From contig QKCL01000053.1 of NCBI GenBank assembly GCA_003246895.1, forward strand, positions 44,984-108,983: a DNA stretch of 64,000 nucleotides. The letters are read 5' to 3'. This stretch comes from Spirochaetota bacterium. Lineage in GTDB: Bacteria > Spirochaetota > UBA4802 > UBA5550. The translations under genes were made by a program, and so were the position numbers. This document shows, one piece after another, positions 45,734 to 55,435 of the stretch (position 1 is its first letter; every line of letters starts with the position of its first letter). Below the pieces are notes generated by a model. The model worked only from the letters and a program-made list of their open reading frames with translations. It did not search any database and was not told the origin of the DNA.

Positions 45734-48292
45734 TTAAGCCCATGTAAACGGCAGTTTGGGGTCAAATTTCCTGGCACTGAATTTGTTGTACGGGACTATC
45801 CTAACACTGTATCCGAATTTCCCGGATCCCAGGCAGAGAATCTGGCCTTCATATCTGTAAATATTCCTTCCCTCTCCTGCAACAACCCTCATGGGCCTTG
45901 AAACTCCTTCAGGAATATCCCCGAACTGGTCCAGGGAGCCGAAATAGAGCTCAACCATAACATCATCCGGAGAAAGCTTGCCCAGATCCACCGTGGCAAA
46001 TGCGTTTACAGATGTACCCACTGTAATGTCCTTTTTCTCCTCAAGACTCATATCCAGAATTTTGGCACCGCTCCACTGATCCTTGACTATATCTTTCCAT
46101 TTGGCCAGGGTCTTGACGGAAATATAGTTATCCTCCTTCAGTATCCTGAAATTTTTATGGGCCTCATGATAAAACATTTCCGTATAATCCTTAACCATCC
46201 TGTTTGTATTGAACTCAGGAATTATGGACTTCATTGACTCCCTTATTCTGTTAAGCCACTCCGTAGGCAGGCCGTCATATCCCCTGTCATAAAACTGCGG
46301 AATGGCTTCCTCTTCAAGAATATTGTATATTGAGAGGCTCTCAACTTCATTCTGGTATTCCTCATCATCATATACCTCTCCGCTTCCTATGGCCCATCCG
46401 TTTTTGGAATTATAGGCTTCATCCCACCACCCGTCGAGGACACTGATATTAAGGCCGCCGTTTGGAACAACCTTCATTCCGCTTGTCCCCGATGCCTCCT
46501 TGGGCCTGATTGGATTATTAAGCCAGATATCAACCCCCTGGACCATATATCTTGCGACATTTATTTCATAATCCTCAAGAAAAACGATTCTCTTACGCAT
46601 ACGGTCTTCTTTTGAAATATGAACGATATTTTTTATTATTTCCTTTCCAAGATTATCCTTGGGATGAGCCTTCCCTGAAAAAACAATCTGTATTGGCCTG
46701 TCCTTTGAAGACAGAAGTTTATAGAGCCTGTCAAGATCCCTGAAAATCAGATTTGCCCTCTTGTAGGTCGCAAATCTTCTGGCAAAGCCAATCGTCAAAG
46801 CCTCGGGGTCAAGAACGGAACTTGCAATCTCAGCCTGTTTTGGAGAAGCTCCGCGTGACAGGAGCTGCTGACGCAGCTTTCTCCTGCTGAAGCCGACAAG
46901 CCTTTCCCTGAGCCTTTCCCGGCATCTCCAGAGTTCTGAATCAGGAATATTATCTATGCTTTCCCATATATCCTTGGATGTTGGATTGTCTATCCAGGCA
47001 GGCCCGAGATACCTGTTGAATAGCCTCATCATCTCATCAGATGTCCAGGCCAGAGTCTGTATGCCGTTTGTAATATGGCCGATGGGTACTTCATTCTCGG
47101 GCAGCGATGGCCAGATTTTCTTCCACATGTTTCTGGAGACCTTGCCATGGAGTTTCGATACACCATTGACTCCTGCTGCAGTTTTAATGGCAAGTACGGT
47201 CATGCAGAAAAGTTCTTTTTTATCAAAGGGGTTTTCACGGCCAAGGGCCATGAACCTGTCAGAAGTTATTCCAAGTTCTTCATATATGTAGGAGAAATAT
47301 TTATCCACAAGTTCCGGGTCAAACCTGTCATTGCCGGCAGGAACAGGTGTATGAGTGGTGAAAACATTACTCGCAGTAACATAGGCATGAGCTTCATCAA
47401 ATGCAAGACCGTCCTCCCTGATCATTGAAAGAATTCTCTCTATTGCAAGAAACGCTGCGTGACCTTCATTCATGTGGAATACTGTGATCTCAATACCCAT
47501 TTCCCTGAATGCACGGACTCCCCCCATACCTAGAAGAATCTCCTGCTTCACACGCATTTCGGAATCTCCGCCGTAAAGCTGATCGGTTATTACCCGATCT
47601 TCTGGGTCATTTATGTCTATATTTGTATCAAGAAGAAAAAGTTTAACCCTGCCCACAACAACCTGCCATACCCTGGCAAAAACCTTTCTTTCAGGAAAAT
47701 CAACACTTATAACCACATCAGTACCATCCTGTTTTTTAACAGGTGATATGGGTATGTTATAAAAATCGGTCTCAGGGTACTTTTCCTGCTGCCAACCGTC
47801 AAGGTTCAGGTACTGTCTGAAATACCCCAGCCGGTAAAGCAGCCCCATTCCGTAAAGAGGTATGCCAATCTCACTTGATGATTTGAGATGATCTCCAGCC
47901 AGAATTCCAAGCCCTCCGGAATAAACGGGTATACATTCATGGAGTCCAAATTCAGCAGAGAAATAGGCTATATGGGCATCTTCAAAGTTTTCCTTATTTG
48001 TATCATGCCAGCTCTCACGGGTCATGTGCCTGTCGAGCTCGGCCTCTACCCTGTTCATGTGGGAAATAAAACTCTCAGATCTGGAAGCTTCATCAAGAAC
48101 CTTCTGGGAAATGAGTCCAAGGAACTTAACGGGGCTGTGTTCTGAGTCACGCCATAGATCCACGTCCAGCCTTCTGAAAAGGTCTATTGCTTCAAAATTC
48201 CAGACCCACCATAGATTGTTTGCTATCTTTATAAGGGGTTTAAGTTTTTCCGGTAGATATGGAACGACCTTGAATTCATTTATTTTTTTCAT
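45734..48292 (-). CDS. glgP: Alpha-glucan (glycogen/maltodextrin) phosphorylase, GlgP family
   Basis: 852 aa. DUF3417-type N-terminus. PLP-lysine region EASGTSGMKVVPNGG, GT35 core. Confidence 0.85.
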   Translation of the reverse strand: MKKINEFKVVPYLPEKLKPLIKIANNLWWVWNFEAIDLFRRLDVDLWRDSEHSPVKFLGLISQKVLDEASRSESFISHMNRVEAELDRHMTRESWHDTNKENFEDAHIAYFSAEFGLHECIPVYSGGLGILAGDHLKSSSEIGIPLYGMGLLYRLGYFRQYLNLDGWQQEKYPETDFYNIPISPVKKQDGTDVVISVDFPERKVFARVWQVVVGRVKLFLLDTNIDINDPEDRVITDQLYGGDSEMRVKQEILLGMGGVRAFREMGIEITVFHMNEGHAAFLAIERILSMIREDGLAFDEAHAYVTASNVFTTHTPVPAGNDRFDPELVDKYFSYIYEELGITSDRFMALGRENPFDKKELFCMTVLAIKTAAGVNGVSKLHGKVSRNMWKKIWPSLPENEVPIGHITNGIQTLAWTSDEMMRLFNRYLGPAWIDNPTSKDIWESIDNIPDSELWRCRERLRERLVGFSRRKLRQQLLSRGASPKQAEIASSVLDPEALTIGFARRFATYKRANLIFRDLDRLYKLLSSKDRPIQIVFSGKAHPKDNLGKEIIKNIVHISKEDRMRKRIVFLEDYEINVARYMVQGVDIWLNNPIRPKEASGTSGMKVVPNGGLNISVLDGWWDEAYNSKNGWAIGSGEVYDDEEYQNEVESLSIYNILEEEAIPQFYDRGYDGLPTEWLNRIRESMKSIIPEFNTNRMVKDYTEMFYHEAHKNFRILKEDNYISVKTLAKWKDIVKDQWSGAKILDMSLEEKKDITVGTSVNAFATVDLGKLSPDDVMVELYFGSLDQFGDIPEGVSRPMRVVAGEGRNIYRYEGQILCLGSGKFGYSVRIVPYNKFSARKFDPKLPFTWA

Positions 48293-48346
48293 TTCCCACT
48301 CCGAATATATCAGTTTGTTTTAATCTAATATTTTACTTAAACAGTT

Positions 48347-49411
48347 TCAAAAAAGCGGAAGAAAAATTTTGACAAGAGCACCTCCATCTTCACCCGGAAG
48401 AAGTTCAACAAAGCCCTTGTGTCTTTTTATTATTGCAAAAACCAGTGCAAGTCCCAGCCCGTCATGATTCTCCTTCGTTGTAACAAAAGGGTCAAACATC
48501 GCATTGACATCCACCCCCTGGAGTCCCCTGCCGTTATCAAGAAACTCAATAAATATATGCTCTCCCGCTGAGAGGGAGATCTCCTTGAATTTTCTTTCCT
48601 TTTCAACCTGAACTTTTCCTGCACGTATCGTTATTTCAGGCAGACTGCTGTCACATGCCTCAATTGCATTTTCTATAATCAGCCCGAATACAAGTTCCAT
48701 CTGGCCCCTGTCAACCTCAAAGCACAGGTGGTCATCGTCTGTTGAAAAACTTATCTTTACCCCGCTGCTCTCAGAACTGTGACTAATAACCTCATTCACC
48801 AGTTCAGATAAACCGGTTTTTTCTCTTTCGGGCTTGAGCCCCTTGGAATATACGCTGAGCCTCTCGGTGAGCTCCTTTATCTTTACCGCAGCCGATTCAG
48901 CATCATTAATGGATTCCATGAGATCAGGATTGTTGTCTGCTTCAAGTTTTGCCAGCGACAGATTCCCGAGAATAACTGTAAGGGCATTGTTATAATCGTG
49001 GGCGATTCCCCCTGCAAAAACACCTATGGACATCAGCTTCTTTATACTGCCCGGATCAAACCTGATAAGTCTTTCGGAAAGCATATCCTTAATTACTACT
49101 ATAACAGATTTATCACTCTTTCCCCGGCCCCTTAAAATTATTGCATTAAAAAATTTTACACCGGAATCGGGACATTTAAAAGACATCCTGCCGTTATAAA
49201 TATATGTGTCTGCCCCATTCTCTGTTGGCGGAGATGAAATAAGTTCATAAATATTGCCAAAGAGGCCTGATATATCAGAACCGATATACTTTTCAGAATC
49301 AATCTTCAGCATTCTTGCCGCGCTAGGCGACACCTCTACAATTCTGCCCTCATCGTCTGTTTCAAGAAAAGCCTGTTCCATATCGCAGAGAAGCTGTGAA
49401 ATATTCATCAT
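48347..49411 (-). CDS. PAS-domain sensor histidine kinase
   Basis: H-box GIAHDYNNALTVILGNLSLA. HATPase G-boxes (DNGRGL; GLGLALV). 4-nt overlap with the upstream HIT gene. Confidence 0.7.
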   Translation of the reverse strand: MMNISQLLCDMEQAFLETDDEGRIVEVSPSAARMLKIDSEKYIGSDISGLFGNIYELISSPPTENGADTYIYNGRMSFKCPDSGVKFFNAIILRGRGKSDKSVIVVIKDMLSERLIRFDPGSIKKLMSIGVFAGGIAHDYNNALTVILGNLSLAKLEADNNPDLMESINDAESAAVKIKELTERLSVYSKGLKPEREKTGLSELVNEVISHSSESSGVKISFSTDDDHLCFEVDRGQMELVFGLIIENAIEACDSSLPEITIRAGKVQVEKERKFKEISLSAGEHIFIEFLDNGRGLQGVDVNAMFDPFVTTKENHDGLGLALVFAIIKRHKGFVELLPGEDGGALVKIFLPLF

Positions 49412-49917
49412 CTGTCCCCCTGTGGTATTTTTTCGTAAAATGATATTCTGAGTTTGTCTATCAGATCCCTCGGATCTGATACAACAATACGTGTTCCCGA
49501 AAGAACATCAAGAAATCCGATCTCGTTTTCATACCGCGGAACAATATGCTGGTGAATGTGGTCTATGCTTCCGCCGCTCCAGCAGCCCATATTATAGCCA
49601 ATATTATATCCCGACGGTTCAAGAAGTTCATTCAGTATAAGAATAGAATTTGATGTGAGTTTATGAATGGCGAAAACTTCCTCGGAAGTAAGCTCCTCCA
49701 GTCCCAGCACATGCCTGTTTGGGAAAATCATCAGATGCCCCGGATTAAAGGGATAAAGATTAAGAGCCACAGATGCCAGTTTATCTTTATATACAGTAAG
49801 ATTCTCAACCTCTTCAGAATCATCAACTATGGAGCAGAGAATACACTGAACAGAGGGCTTTTTTTTACCCTTAACGTAATTTATCTTCGAGGTGTTAAAA
49901 AGATATTTTTTTTCCAA
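49408..49917 (-). CDS. HIT-family (histidine triad) hydrolase
   Basis: HIHQHIVPRY histidine triad. CILCSIV N-terminal region. Confidence 0.7.
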   Translation of the reverse strand: MEKKYLFNTSKINYVKGKKKPSVQCILCSIVDDSEEVENLTVYKDKLASVALNLYPFNPGHLMIFPNRHVLGLEELTSEEVFAIHKLTSNSILILNELLEPSGYNIGYNMGCWSGGSIDHIHQHIVPRYENEIGFLDVLSGTRIVVSDPRDLIDKLRISFYEKIPQGDR

Positions 49918-49920
49918 GTA

Positions 49921-50334
49921 TTATTTCCTTCCTGCACTTATATATACGGAATATGCCACTATTGTTAAAATAATAACTATGCCTGAAACAATCATAATAA
50001 AATACATTATTTGCATTATTTTATCCGCATGAACGGCCTTTGATGATTTATCGTAGAGAGAGTTTATTTCGGAGGAGATCAGATAAATACAGTTCCGGTC
50101 TGCAGCATTCTCCTGTCTTAATTTATCTACAGCGCTGGAGAGAAGATTATATCCGCTTTCAAGGTCTCTGTTCAGAATACCTTTCTGTTTCAGATAGTCA
50201 ATATTGCCTTTTATCTTAAAAAAAAGAACCATATCCCTGTCCATAAGCTTTCCGGATGCTTCCTCCTGTGACACGGCAGATAGAGACAGTAAAAGGATGA
50301 GGGAAATTACACCGGCAAAAAAGAACTTTCTCAT
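49921..50334 (-). CDS. Hypothetical exported protein with C-terminal TM anchor
   Basis: Signal peptide, coiled region, C-terminal TM helix. Confidence 0.35.
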   Translation of the reverse strand: MRKFFFAGVISLILLLSLSAVSQEEASGKLMDRDMVLFFKIKGNIDYLKQKGILNRDLESGYNLLSSAVDKLRQENAADRNCIYLISSEINSLYDKSSKAVHADKIMQIMYFIMIVSGIVIILTIVAYSVYISAGRK

Positions 50335-50359
50335 ACTGAAATTCCTCCGCCTTTAGAGT

Positions 50360-50860
50360 TTATATTGGGAAACCGATACCGTATATTCGGGCGGCATATA
50401 CAATAATATTAAGTATAATACATGCGTAAATTCCGGCAATATAATCATCAATCATTATGCCGGTTCCGCCCTTTAAAGACTGAAGGTTGTCTGCCGGGAA
50501 TGGTTTTATGATGTCAAAAATCCGGAACAGGATAAAGGCGATAAATGCAGCGGTGAGAGAAAATGGCACAAAAAGAACACTTGTCCAGTATCCCATGACC
50601 TCATCCAGCACAATATTCTGAGGGTCCTTTTTATTATAATATACTTCTCCGAAATCACAGAGTCTGATAGACGGGTAAACAAGGAGTATTACAATTGCGA
50701 GATTTACATATATAATTTTATCTCCCAGCACAGGTCCCAGTGTGTAGTTTTCCAGAATATACAGCACCATTGCAACGGCTGTTCCCATTGTTCCGGGAGC
50801 TACTGGGGACCTGCCTGCGTAAAATGCTGTCAGTATAAAGTCCTTAAGTCCATTACTCAT
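50360..50860 (-). CDS. pgpA: Phosphatidylglycerophosphatase A
   Basis: PGTMGT, DEVMGYW and GGTGIMIDDYIAG motifs parallel E. coli PgpA. Confidence 0.75.
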   Translation of the reverse strand: MSNGLKDFILTAFYAGRSPVAPGTMGTAVAMVLYILENYTLGPVLGDKIIYVNLAIVILLVYPSIRLCDFGEVYYNKKDPQNIVLDEVMGYWTSVLFVPFSLTAAFIAFILFRIFDIIKPFPADNLQSLKGGTGIMIDDYIAGIYACIILNIIVYAARIYGIGFPI

Positions 50861-51452
50861 TTTTTTGTGTTTCCTTTTTTTCAGGGAAAAACAATCCCCA
50901 GTTGCTGAAAAGGTATCTGAAACCGGACATGGCTGTCAGAATTGTCACAGCAAGCATAATCCAGTATGGCGCCAGTGCATGGGCATCGAGAATGTGGCTC
51001 TTTCTCACCATATATATCATAATAATTATTACAATAGAAAGCATCTGAAAAGCTGTTTTAAATTTACCGAATCTGCTTGTCCGGAGAGATTTTCCTCTTT
51101 TTATGGCAATGATCCTCATGAAAGTTATCATTACGTCCCTGCCTACAATAATGACTATCATCCATGAATCGAGAAAATCAAAATTAGGATCCAGTACTAT
51201 AATAGCGATGAGGGAGGAGATGACCAGAAATTTATCAGCTATTGGATCTATAAATTTTCCAAACTCCGATTCCTGCTTCAGAATTCTTGCAAGCCATCCG
51301 TCAAGAAAATCAGTGAATGAAGCAATCATAAAAACCAGAAGGGCATAGATCCAGAGTTTGACTGCCAGATAGTAGACAAATACCGGGATAAGCACTATCC
51401 TCAGATAGGAAAATATATTGGGTATGCTGAATTTATCACCCTTCAGCTTCAA
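50853..51452 (-). CDS. pgsA: CDP-diacylglycerol--glycerol-3-phosphate 3-phosphatidyltransferase
   Basis: CDP-alcohol phosphatidyltransferase motif DFLDGWLAR...G...DPIADK. Coupled to pgpA. Confidence 0.85.
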   Translation of the reverse strand: MKLKGDKFSIPNIFSYLRIVLIPVFVYYLAVKLWIYALLVFMIASFTDFLDGWLARILKQESEFGKFIDPIADKFLVISSLIAIIVLDPNFDFLDSWMIVIIVGRDVMITFMRIIAIKRGKSLRTSRFGKFKTAFQMLSIVIIIMIYMVRKSHILDAHALAPYWIMLAVTILTAMSGFRYLFSNWGLFFPEKKETQKNE

Positions 51453-52801
51453 ATCATTTCTCCAATCAGATCATATTCAACGGCATCAGTTACCACCGCT
51501 CTTACAATAATATGTTTAGGTTCCGCTGACACGGTCAAGTAAAAAACCCCGTCCACTTCAGGAGCATCATAAACAGTTCGCCCAACATATGTATTATCAT
51601 CAATTCTGCTTTCAATTATTACTTCAAGCTGCTTCCCTATCATCTTCTGAAGATTCTCGAATGAGATCTCCCTCTGAACCGACATGAGCCGGTCATATCT
51701 CTGAGTCTTTACCTCGGAAGAAACATCATCATCCAGTTTAAAGGATCTTGTATCCTCCTCAGGAGAATATGTAAAGCATCCCACCTTGTCGAGTTTTACA
51801 GTCTCCAGAAAACTTATAAGCTCCGAAAATTCATCATCGGTCTCTCCGGGATACCCGACCATAAATGTTGACCTGATTACAACGTCGGGAATGCGCTGAC
51901 GCAGTTTTTTCACAAGATCTGAATAAACCTGAAAATTACCTCTCCTGCCCATTGATCTGAGAATTCTTTCATTAATATGCTGGAATGGGATATCTACATA
52001 GGGAACAACAAAATCATTGGCTGCGATGAGCCCCATTATTTCATCTGTAAGATTGTCAGGATGACAGTACAGAAGCCGTATCCATCTGACCCCGTCAATT
52101 GAGGAGATATCATTCACGATGTCCACCAGGTTCCTGCCTGAATGCTCATATGAGGCAATGTCCTGTGCGATTACAACGAGCTCTTTGGCTCCGGCTTCAA
52201 CTGCATGCCTTGCCTCTTCCATTATAAATTCGGGACTGAATGAAACATGGGGACCCCGGATAAGCGGAATTGCACAGTAGCTGCAGTTATTGGAACAGCC
52301 GTCTGATATTTTTATATAGGAGTAGGGATATTCCTCATAAAGGGTCTTTCTGTAAAAAAGCAGGCTCTGTATTTTTATGCTGAATGCCCCTGCAATCGCA
52401 GGCACAAATTTTTCATCGGGTATTCCGTATAGAAAATCTATTTCCGGAATATCTTTTTCCATTTCATCAAAGTATCTCTTTGAAAGGCATCCTGTCACAA
52501 CAACCCTGGTTTTGAATTCTCTGGGTTCCGGGCCGTGATCCCCCAGAAAAATCCGGGTTCTGGCTTTGGAATTGTTGATCTCGGCCTGTGAAACCGAATC
52601 AAATATTACTTCAATGGATTCGGTTTTGGCGTCATTTATGAAACCGCATGTATTTATTATTATGATGTCTGCATTTTCTGCACTGTCTGCAGGCCTGAAA
52701 CCTGCAGATATGAGCGTGCCGTTAATTCTCTCTGAATCAACCTGATTCTTGGAACAACCCAGGGAGATGATGTAGAATTTGAGTTCAGTGGAAAGAAACA
52801 A
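51449..52801 (-). CDS. rimO: Ribosomal protein S12 methylthiotransferase RimO (radical SAM MTTase)
   Basis: MTTase N-domain Cys triad, radical-SAM CSNNCSYC, TRAM domain. RimO-specific DAPEVDGVFYL and VEYDLIG near the C-terminus. Confidence 0.8.
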   Translation of the reverse strand: MFLSTELKFYIISLGCSKNQVDSERINGTLISAGFRPADSAENADIIIINTCGFINDAKTESIEVIFDSVSQAEINNSKARTRIFLGDHGPEPREFKTRVVVTGCLSKRYFDEMEKDIPEIDFLYGIPDEKFVPAIAGAFSIKIQSLLFYRKTLYEEYPYSYIKISDGCSNNCSYCAIPLIRGPHVSFSPEFIMEEARHAVEAGAKELVVIAQDIASYEHSGRNLVDIVNDISSIDGVRWIRLLYCHPDNLTDEIMGLIAANDFVVPYVDIPFQHINERILRSMGRRGNFQVYSDLVKKLRQRIPDVVIRSTFMVGYPGETDDEFSELISFLETVKLDKVGCFTYSPEEDTRSFKLDDDVSSEVKTQRYDRLMSVQREISFENLQKMIGKQLEVIIESRIDDNTYVGRTVYDAPEVDGVFYLTVSAEPKHIIVRAVVTDAVEYDLIGEMI

Positions 52802-52804
52802 TTT

Positions 52805-53950
52805 TTACCAGTTTCTCATGTCTATGTGATAGAGATTAGGATTCTTTGAATCCTTTTTCCAGGTAATTACCTTGTTAGCCACACGGTTTTCCCCTCCAAG
52901 GACAAAGTCTTTTCCATTGATAGTTGCCTTGACTCCGCCGGCGTTTCCGATTTTCACCTGAATATATTCATTGGCTTCCCATCTCTGGAGACTGCCCTCC
53001 GGCATAAACCCCCTCTGCTTTCTGGCTCCGTCAAGATAAATCTCAATGAATGATTTTTTAAGAAACTTGACTTCGAACACTATCTTGAGGCTCTTCCTGT
53101 TCTGGGCAATAACACTTGTATTATCTCCCTCTTTAACAGGCTTAACATCTGAGAATGAATCCTTAACAGGCTCAGTAACCTCTTTTGTCTTGTTTCCAAG
53201 GGCTACCATTATTTTTGCCCTGCTCTCAGTGAGCCCTTTTAAAGTGAAAACAATATTACGCGGAACATTTGGCAGTTCTGCTGAAACATCCTTGTCAAGT
53301 TCCAGTTTCAGGGTCTCCTTGCTGTCGGCAAATGAAATAACGGTATGGTCCTTGTCTATCTCCTTCAGGATGAAAACAACTTCCTTGTTATCTACAAGAA
53401 ACTGAACAGCCTCACCCTTATAAACAAGTATGAATCCGCTGTCATTGGAAAGCTGAAGGCTCTTGATATTTTTTATCTTTGATTCTTCTTTCTCTTTATA
53501 ATCCTGCTTAATCCTGTCAACTGAGGCATTTTTGTCAATTTTGACATCATTGCCTGTTACAGACCAGATTCCCCATGCAACAGCCAGGGCCGCCAGAAAT
53601 ACAAATACAAAAAAGAATATGTTTCTGTTATTCTCATATAATGTAATAAGATTTACCGCCATACCCGATTTGGTAGGTTTTGTAAGTTCCTCAATGGGGG
53701 TTGCGGATTCACCTATTTTATATCCCTTGTAGAGATGAACAATTTCTTCGGAATCAAGCTTCAGATACTCGGAGTAGGTTTTAAGAAACCCAATTACATA
53801 GGTTTCACTGGGAAACTTCTCAAAGTCCTCATCTTCAAGCGCCTCAATATAGTTAGGCGCGATGTTAGTATCCCGGGCGACTTCCTTAAATGCAAGTTTT
53901 TTCCCTTCCCGGGCTGCTTTCAGTTTTTCTCCAATACTTTCCACTGCCAT
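52805..53950 (-). CDS. rodZ: RodZ-like cytoskeleton protein (N-terminal HTH, TM, C-terminal domain)
   Basis: XRE-type HTH (LKAAREGKKLAFKEVARDTNIAPNYIEALE), single TM, periplasmic C-terminal domain. Confidence 0.6.
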   Translation of the reverse strand: MAVESIGEKLKAAREGKKLAFKEVARDTNIAPNYIEALEDEDFEKFPSETYVIGFLKTYSEYLKLDSEEIVHLYKGYKIGESATPIEELTKPTKSGMAVNLITLYENNRNIFFFVFVFLAALAVAWGIWSVTGNDVKIDKNASVDRIKQDYKEKEESKIKNIKSLQLSNDSGFILVYKGEAVQFLVDNKEVVFILKEIDKDHTVISFADSKETLKLELDKDVSAELPNVPRNIVFTLKGLTESRAKIMVALGNKTKEVTEPVKDSFSDVKPVKEGDNTSVIAQNRKSLKIVFEVKFLKKSFIEIYLDGARKQRGFMPEGSLQRWEANEYIQVKIGNAGGVKATINGKDFVLGGENRVANKVITWKKDSKNPNLYHIDMRNW

Positions 53951-54645
53951 TACTCCTCAGATATCATGGGATTCTTAATTACCCTTGCCCTTGCGGGTAC
54001 GCTGAATTTGAATATGCCGTTCGAAAGATTTACATCTGTTTTTATATTGGTAAGAGTAATATTCACTGTCTTTCCGGAAGAAGTAACACCCTCTGCGCTC
54101 CTTACGAAAAAGTCCTCAGAAACCCAGAGTTTAATTTCCCTGTATCCGCTTCTACTTTCCTTCTGTTTTAGGATGAGAGTATACATCTTCGAACCGTCCT
54201 TCTGCTCCTCAGGCTGGGTTTTGGAAGCAAAACGGTAATGATATTTGGAGAAAAGACGCTGGAGCCCGTTCTTTGAACCCGATGTAAAAAGACCTGAATC
54301 GGATTTAAGATCCTGCTCAGCAACAACATTCATTGAAGGGATGTAAATCCACATCATTTTTCCGTCAGACACAATCTTCTGACCTGAAGGCTGGTAAAAT
54401 TCCATTAATAATCTATCTGAAGACTTGAACCTCAGAACACCACTTTGTGTGGATGTTTTTCCAAGTTTTTTTGATACTATCTTAAAACTTGCCTGATAGG
54501 ATTCCAGTGAACCGTATTTTTCCTTTATCTTATCAACAATATCACTCACTGTAACAAAATCAAACTTGTAGGCAAAGGCCATATTGGAGAAAGAGTAACA
54601 GGAAAAAATGGTAAGTGTTATCAGCAAATATTTCTTCATATTCAT
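53950..54645 (-). CDS. lolA: LolA-like outer-membrane lipoprotein carrier protein
   Basis: Signal peptide MNMKKYLLITLTIFS...AFA. LolA-like pattern (SFKIV...QSGVLRFKSSDRLLMEFYQPSGQKIVSDGKMMWIY). The track start at 54708 is a TTG that adds 21 N-terminal residues before the signal peptide. Confidence 0.6.
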   Translation of the reverse strand: MNMKKYLLITLTIFSCYSFSNMAFAYKFDFVTVSDIVDKIKEKYGSLESYQASFKIVSKKLGKTSTQSGVLRFKSSDRLLMEFYQPSGQKIVSDGKMMWIYIPSMNVVAEQDLKSDSGLFTSGSKNGLQRLFSKYHYRFASKTQPEEQKDGSKMYTLILKQKESRSGYREIKLWVSEDFFVRSAEGVTSSGKTVNITLTNIKTDVNLSNGIFKFSVPARARVIKNPMISEE

Positions 54646-54838
54646 ACAACTTTTAATAAATAAATTTAGAGTTTCCACTAATTCTATAAACATCTTGTTA
54701 AAAGTCAATACTAAAAAAACACAACAGTTGTAAATGAATTTTTTTACAGATTGGACATTTATATTGGATTAAAATAGTAGACAAATACCCTGAAAAATAT
54801 ATTGTACAGGAAGTAAATAAATACTATCAGGGTGATTA

Positions 54839-55027
54839 ATGAAAGCAATATTTATCGGCAACAAGAAACTCAGGGAAATCGATCTCCTTGACCCCAGATT
54901 TGACGAAGAACTCTTCATAATAATGAATGAGTACTCTCTCATGGAATCCCATGTTATTTATTTCTCAGCAGGCGATTCCAAGATAAAAGAGATTCTGATT
55001 AGAAAAGATCCAGTTTACTCTATATAA
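54839..55027 (+). CDS. Small hypothetical protein (62 aa) with its own terminator
   Basis: GGGTGA 7 nt upstream of the ATG. Followed by a strong hairpin plus T-run. Confidence 0.3.
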   Translation: MKAIFIGNKKLREIDLLDPRFDEELFIIMNEYSLMESHVIYFSAGDSKIKEILIRKDPVYSI

Positions 55028-55035
55028 AATAAAAA

Positions 55036-55067
55036 ATCCGGGATTCAAAACCCGGATTTTCTTTATT
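55036..55067. terminator. Bidirectional intrinsic terminator
   Basis: ATCCGGG-attcaaaa-CCCGGAT followed by TTTTCTTTATT and preceded by AAATAAAAAA. It lies between the convergent 62-aa gene and the cystatin-like gene. Confidence 0.55.
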
Positions 55068-55078
55068 AAAGCTTCAGG

Positions 55079-55414
55079 TTAAAACTCCACTTTTTCCACA
55101 GTATATTTACTTTCCAGCGTAATAAAAATATAAGCCCTTAAAATCTTCGGTTTATCATTTGTATCTGAAAGATACTCGCACTTAATAACCAGTTTCTGAC
55201 CTGCAACAATCTGGGATTCTGCAGAAACTGCACGCAATACCTTTACATCCGGATGTTTTACAGCAAGGTCCTTCTTCAACAGATCAACTGATTTAACAAC
55301 CTCGGGAATTTTTACATCAACAGCAGTAAATCCTCCCTCAATTTCAGCGTCCTTACAACCGCTTCCGAAAAGAACTGAAATCAAAAAAATCATAATAATC
55401 ACCAATCTCATCAT
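55079..55414 (-). CDS. Cystatin-like lipoprotein, candidate inhibitor of the upstream C1 peptidase
   Basis: Lipobox LFGSGC. Conserved N-terminal Gly (EGGF). VLRAVSAESQIVAGQKLVI aligns with chicken cystatin VVRVISAKRQLVSGIKYIL, including the QxVxG loop. AAGGAG RBS, 21 nt after the peptidase stop. Confidence 0.55.
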   Translation of the reverse strand: MMRLVIIMIFLISVLFGSGCKDAEIEGGFTAVDVKIPEVVKSVDLLKKDLAVKHPDVKVLRAVSAESQIVAGQKLVIKCEYLSDTNDKPKILRAYIFITLESKYTVEKVEF

Positions 55415-55435
55415 AATACAAATCTCCTTAACTGT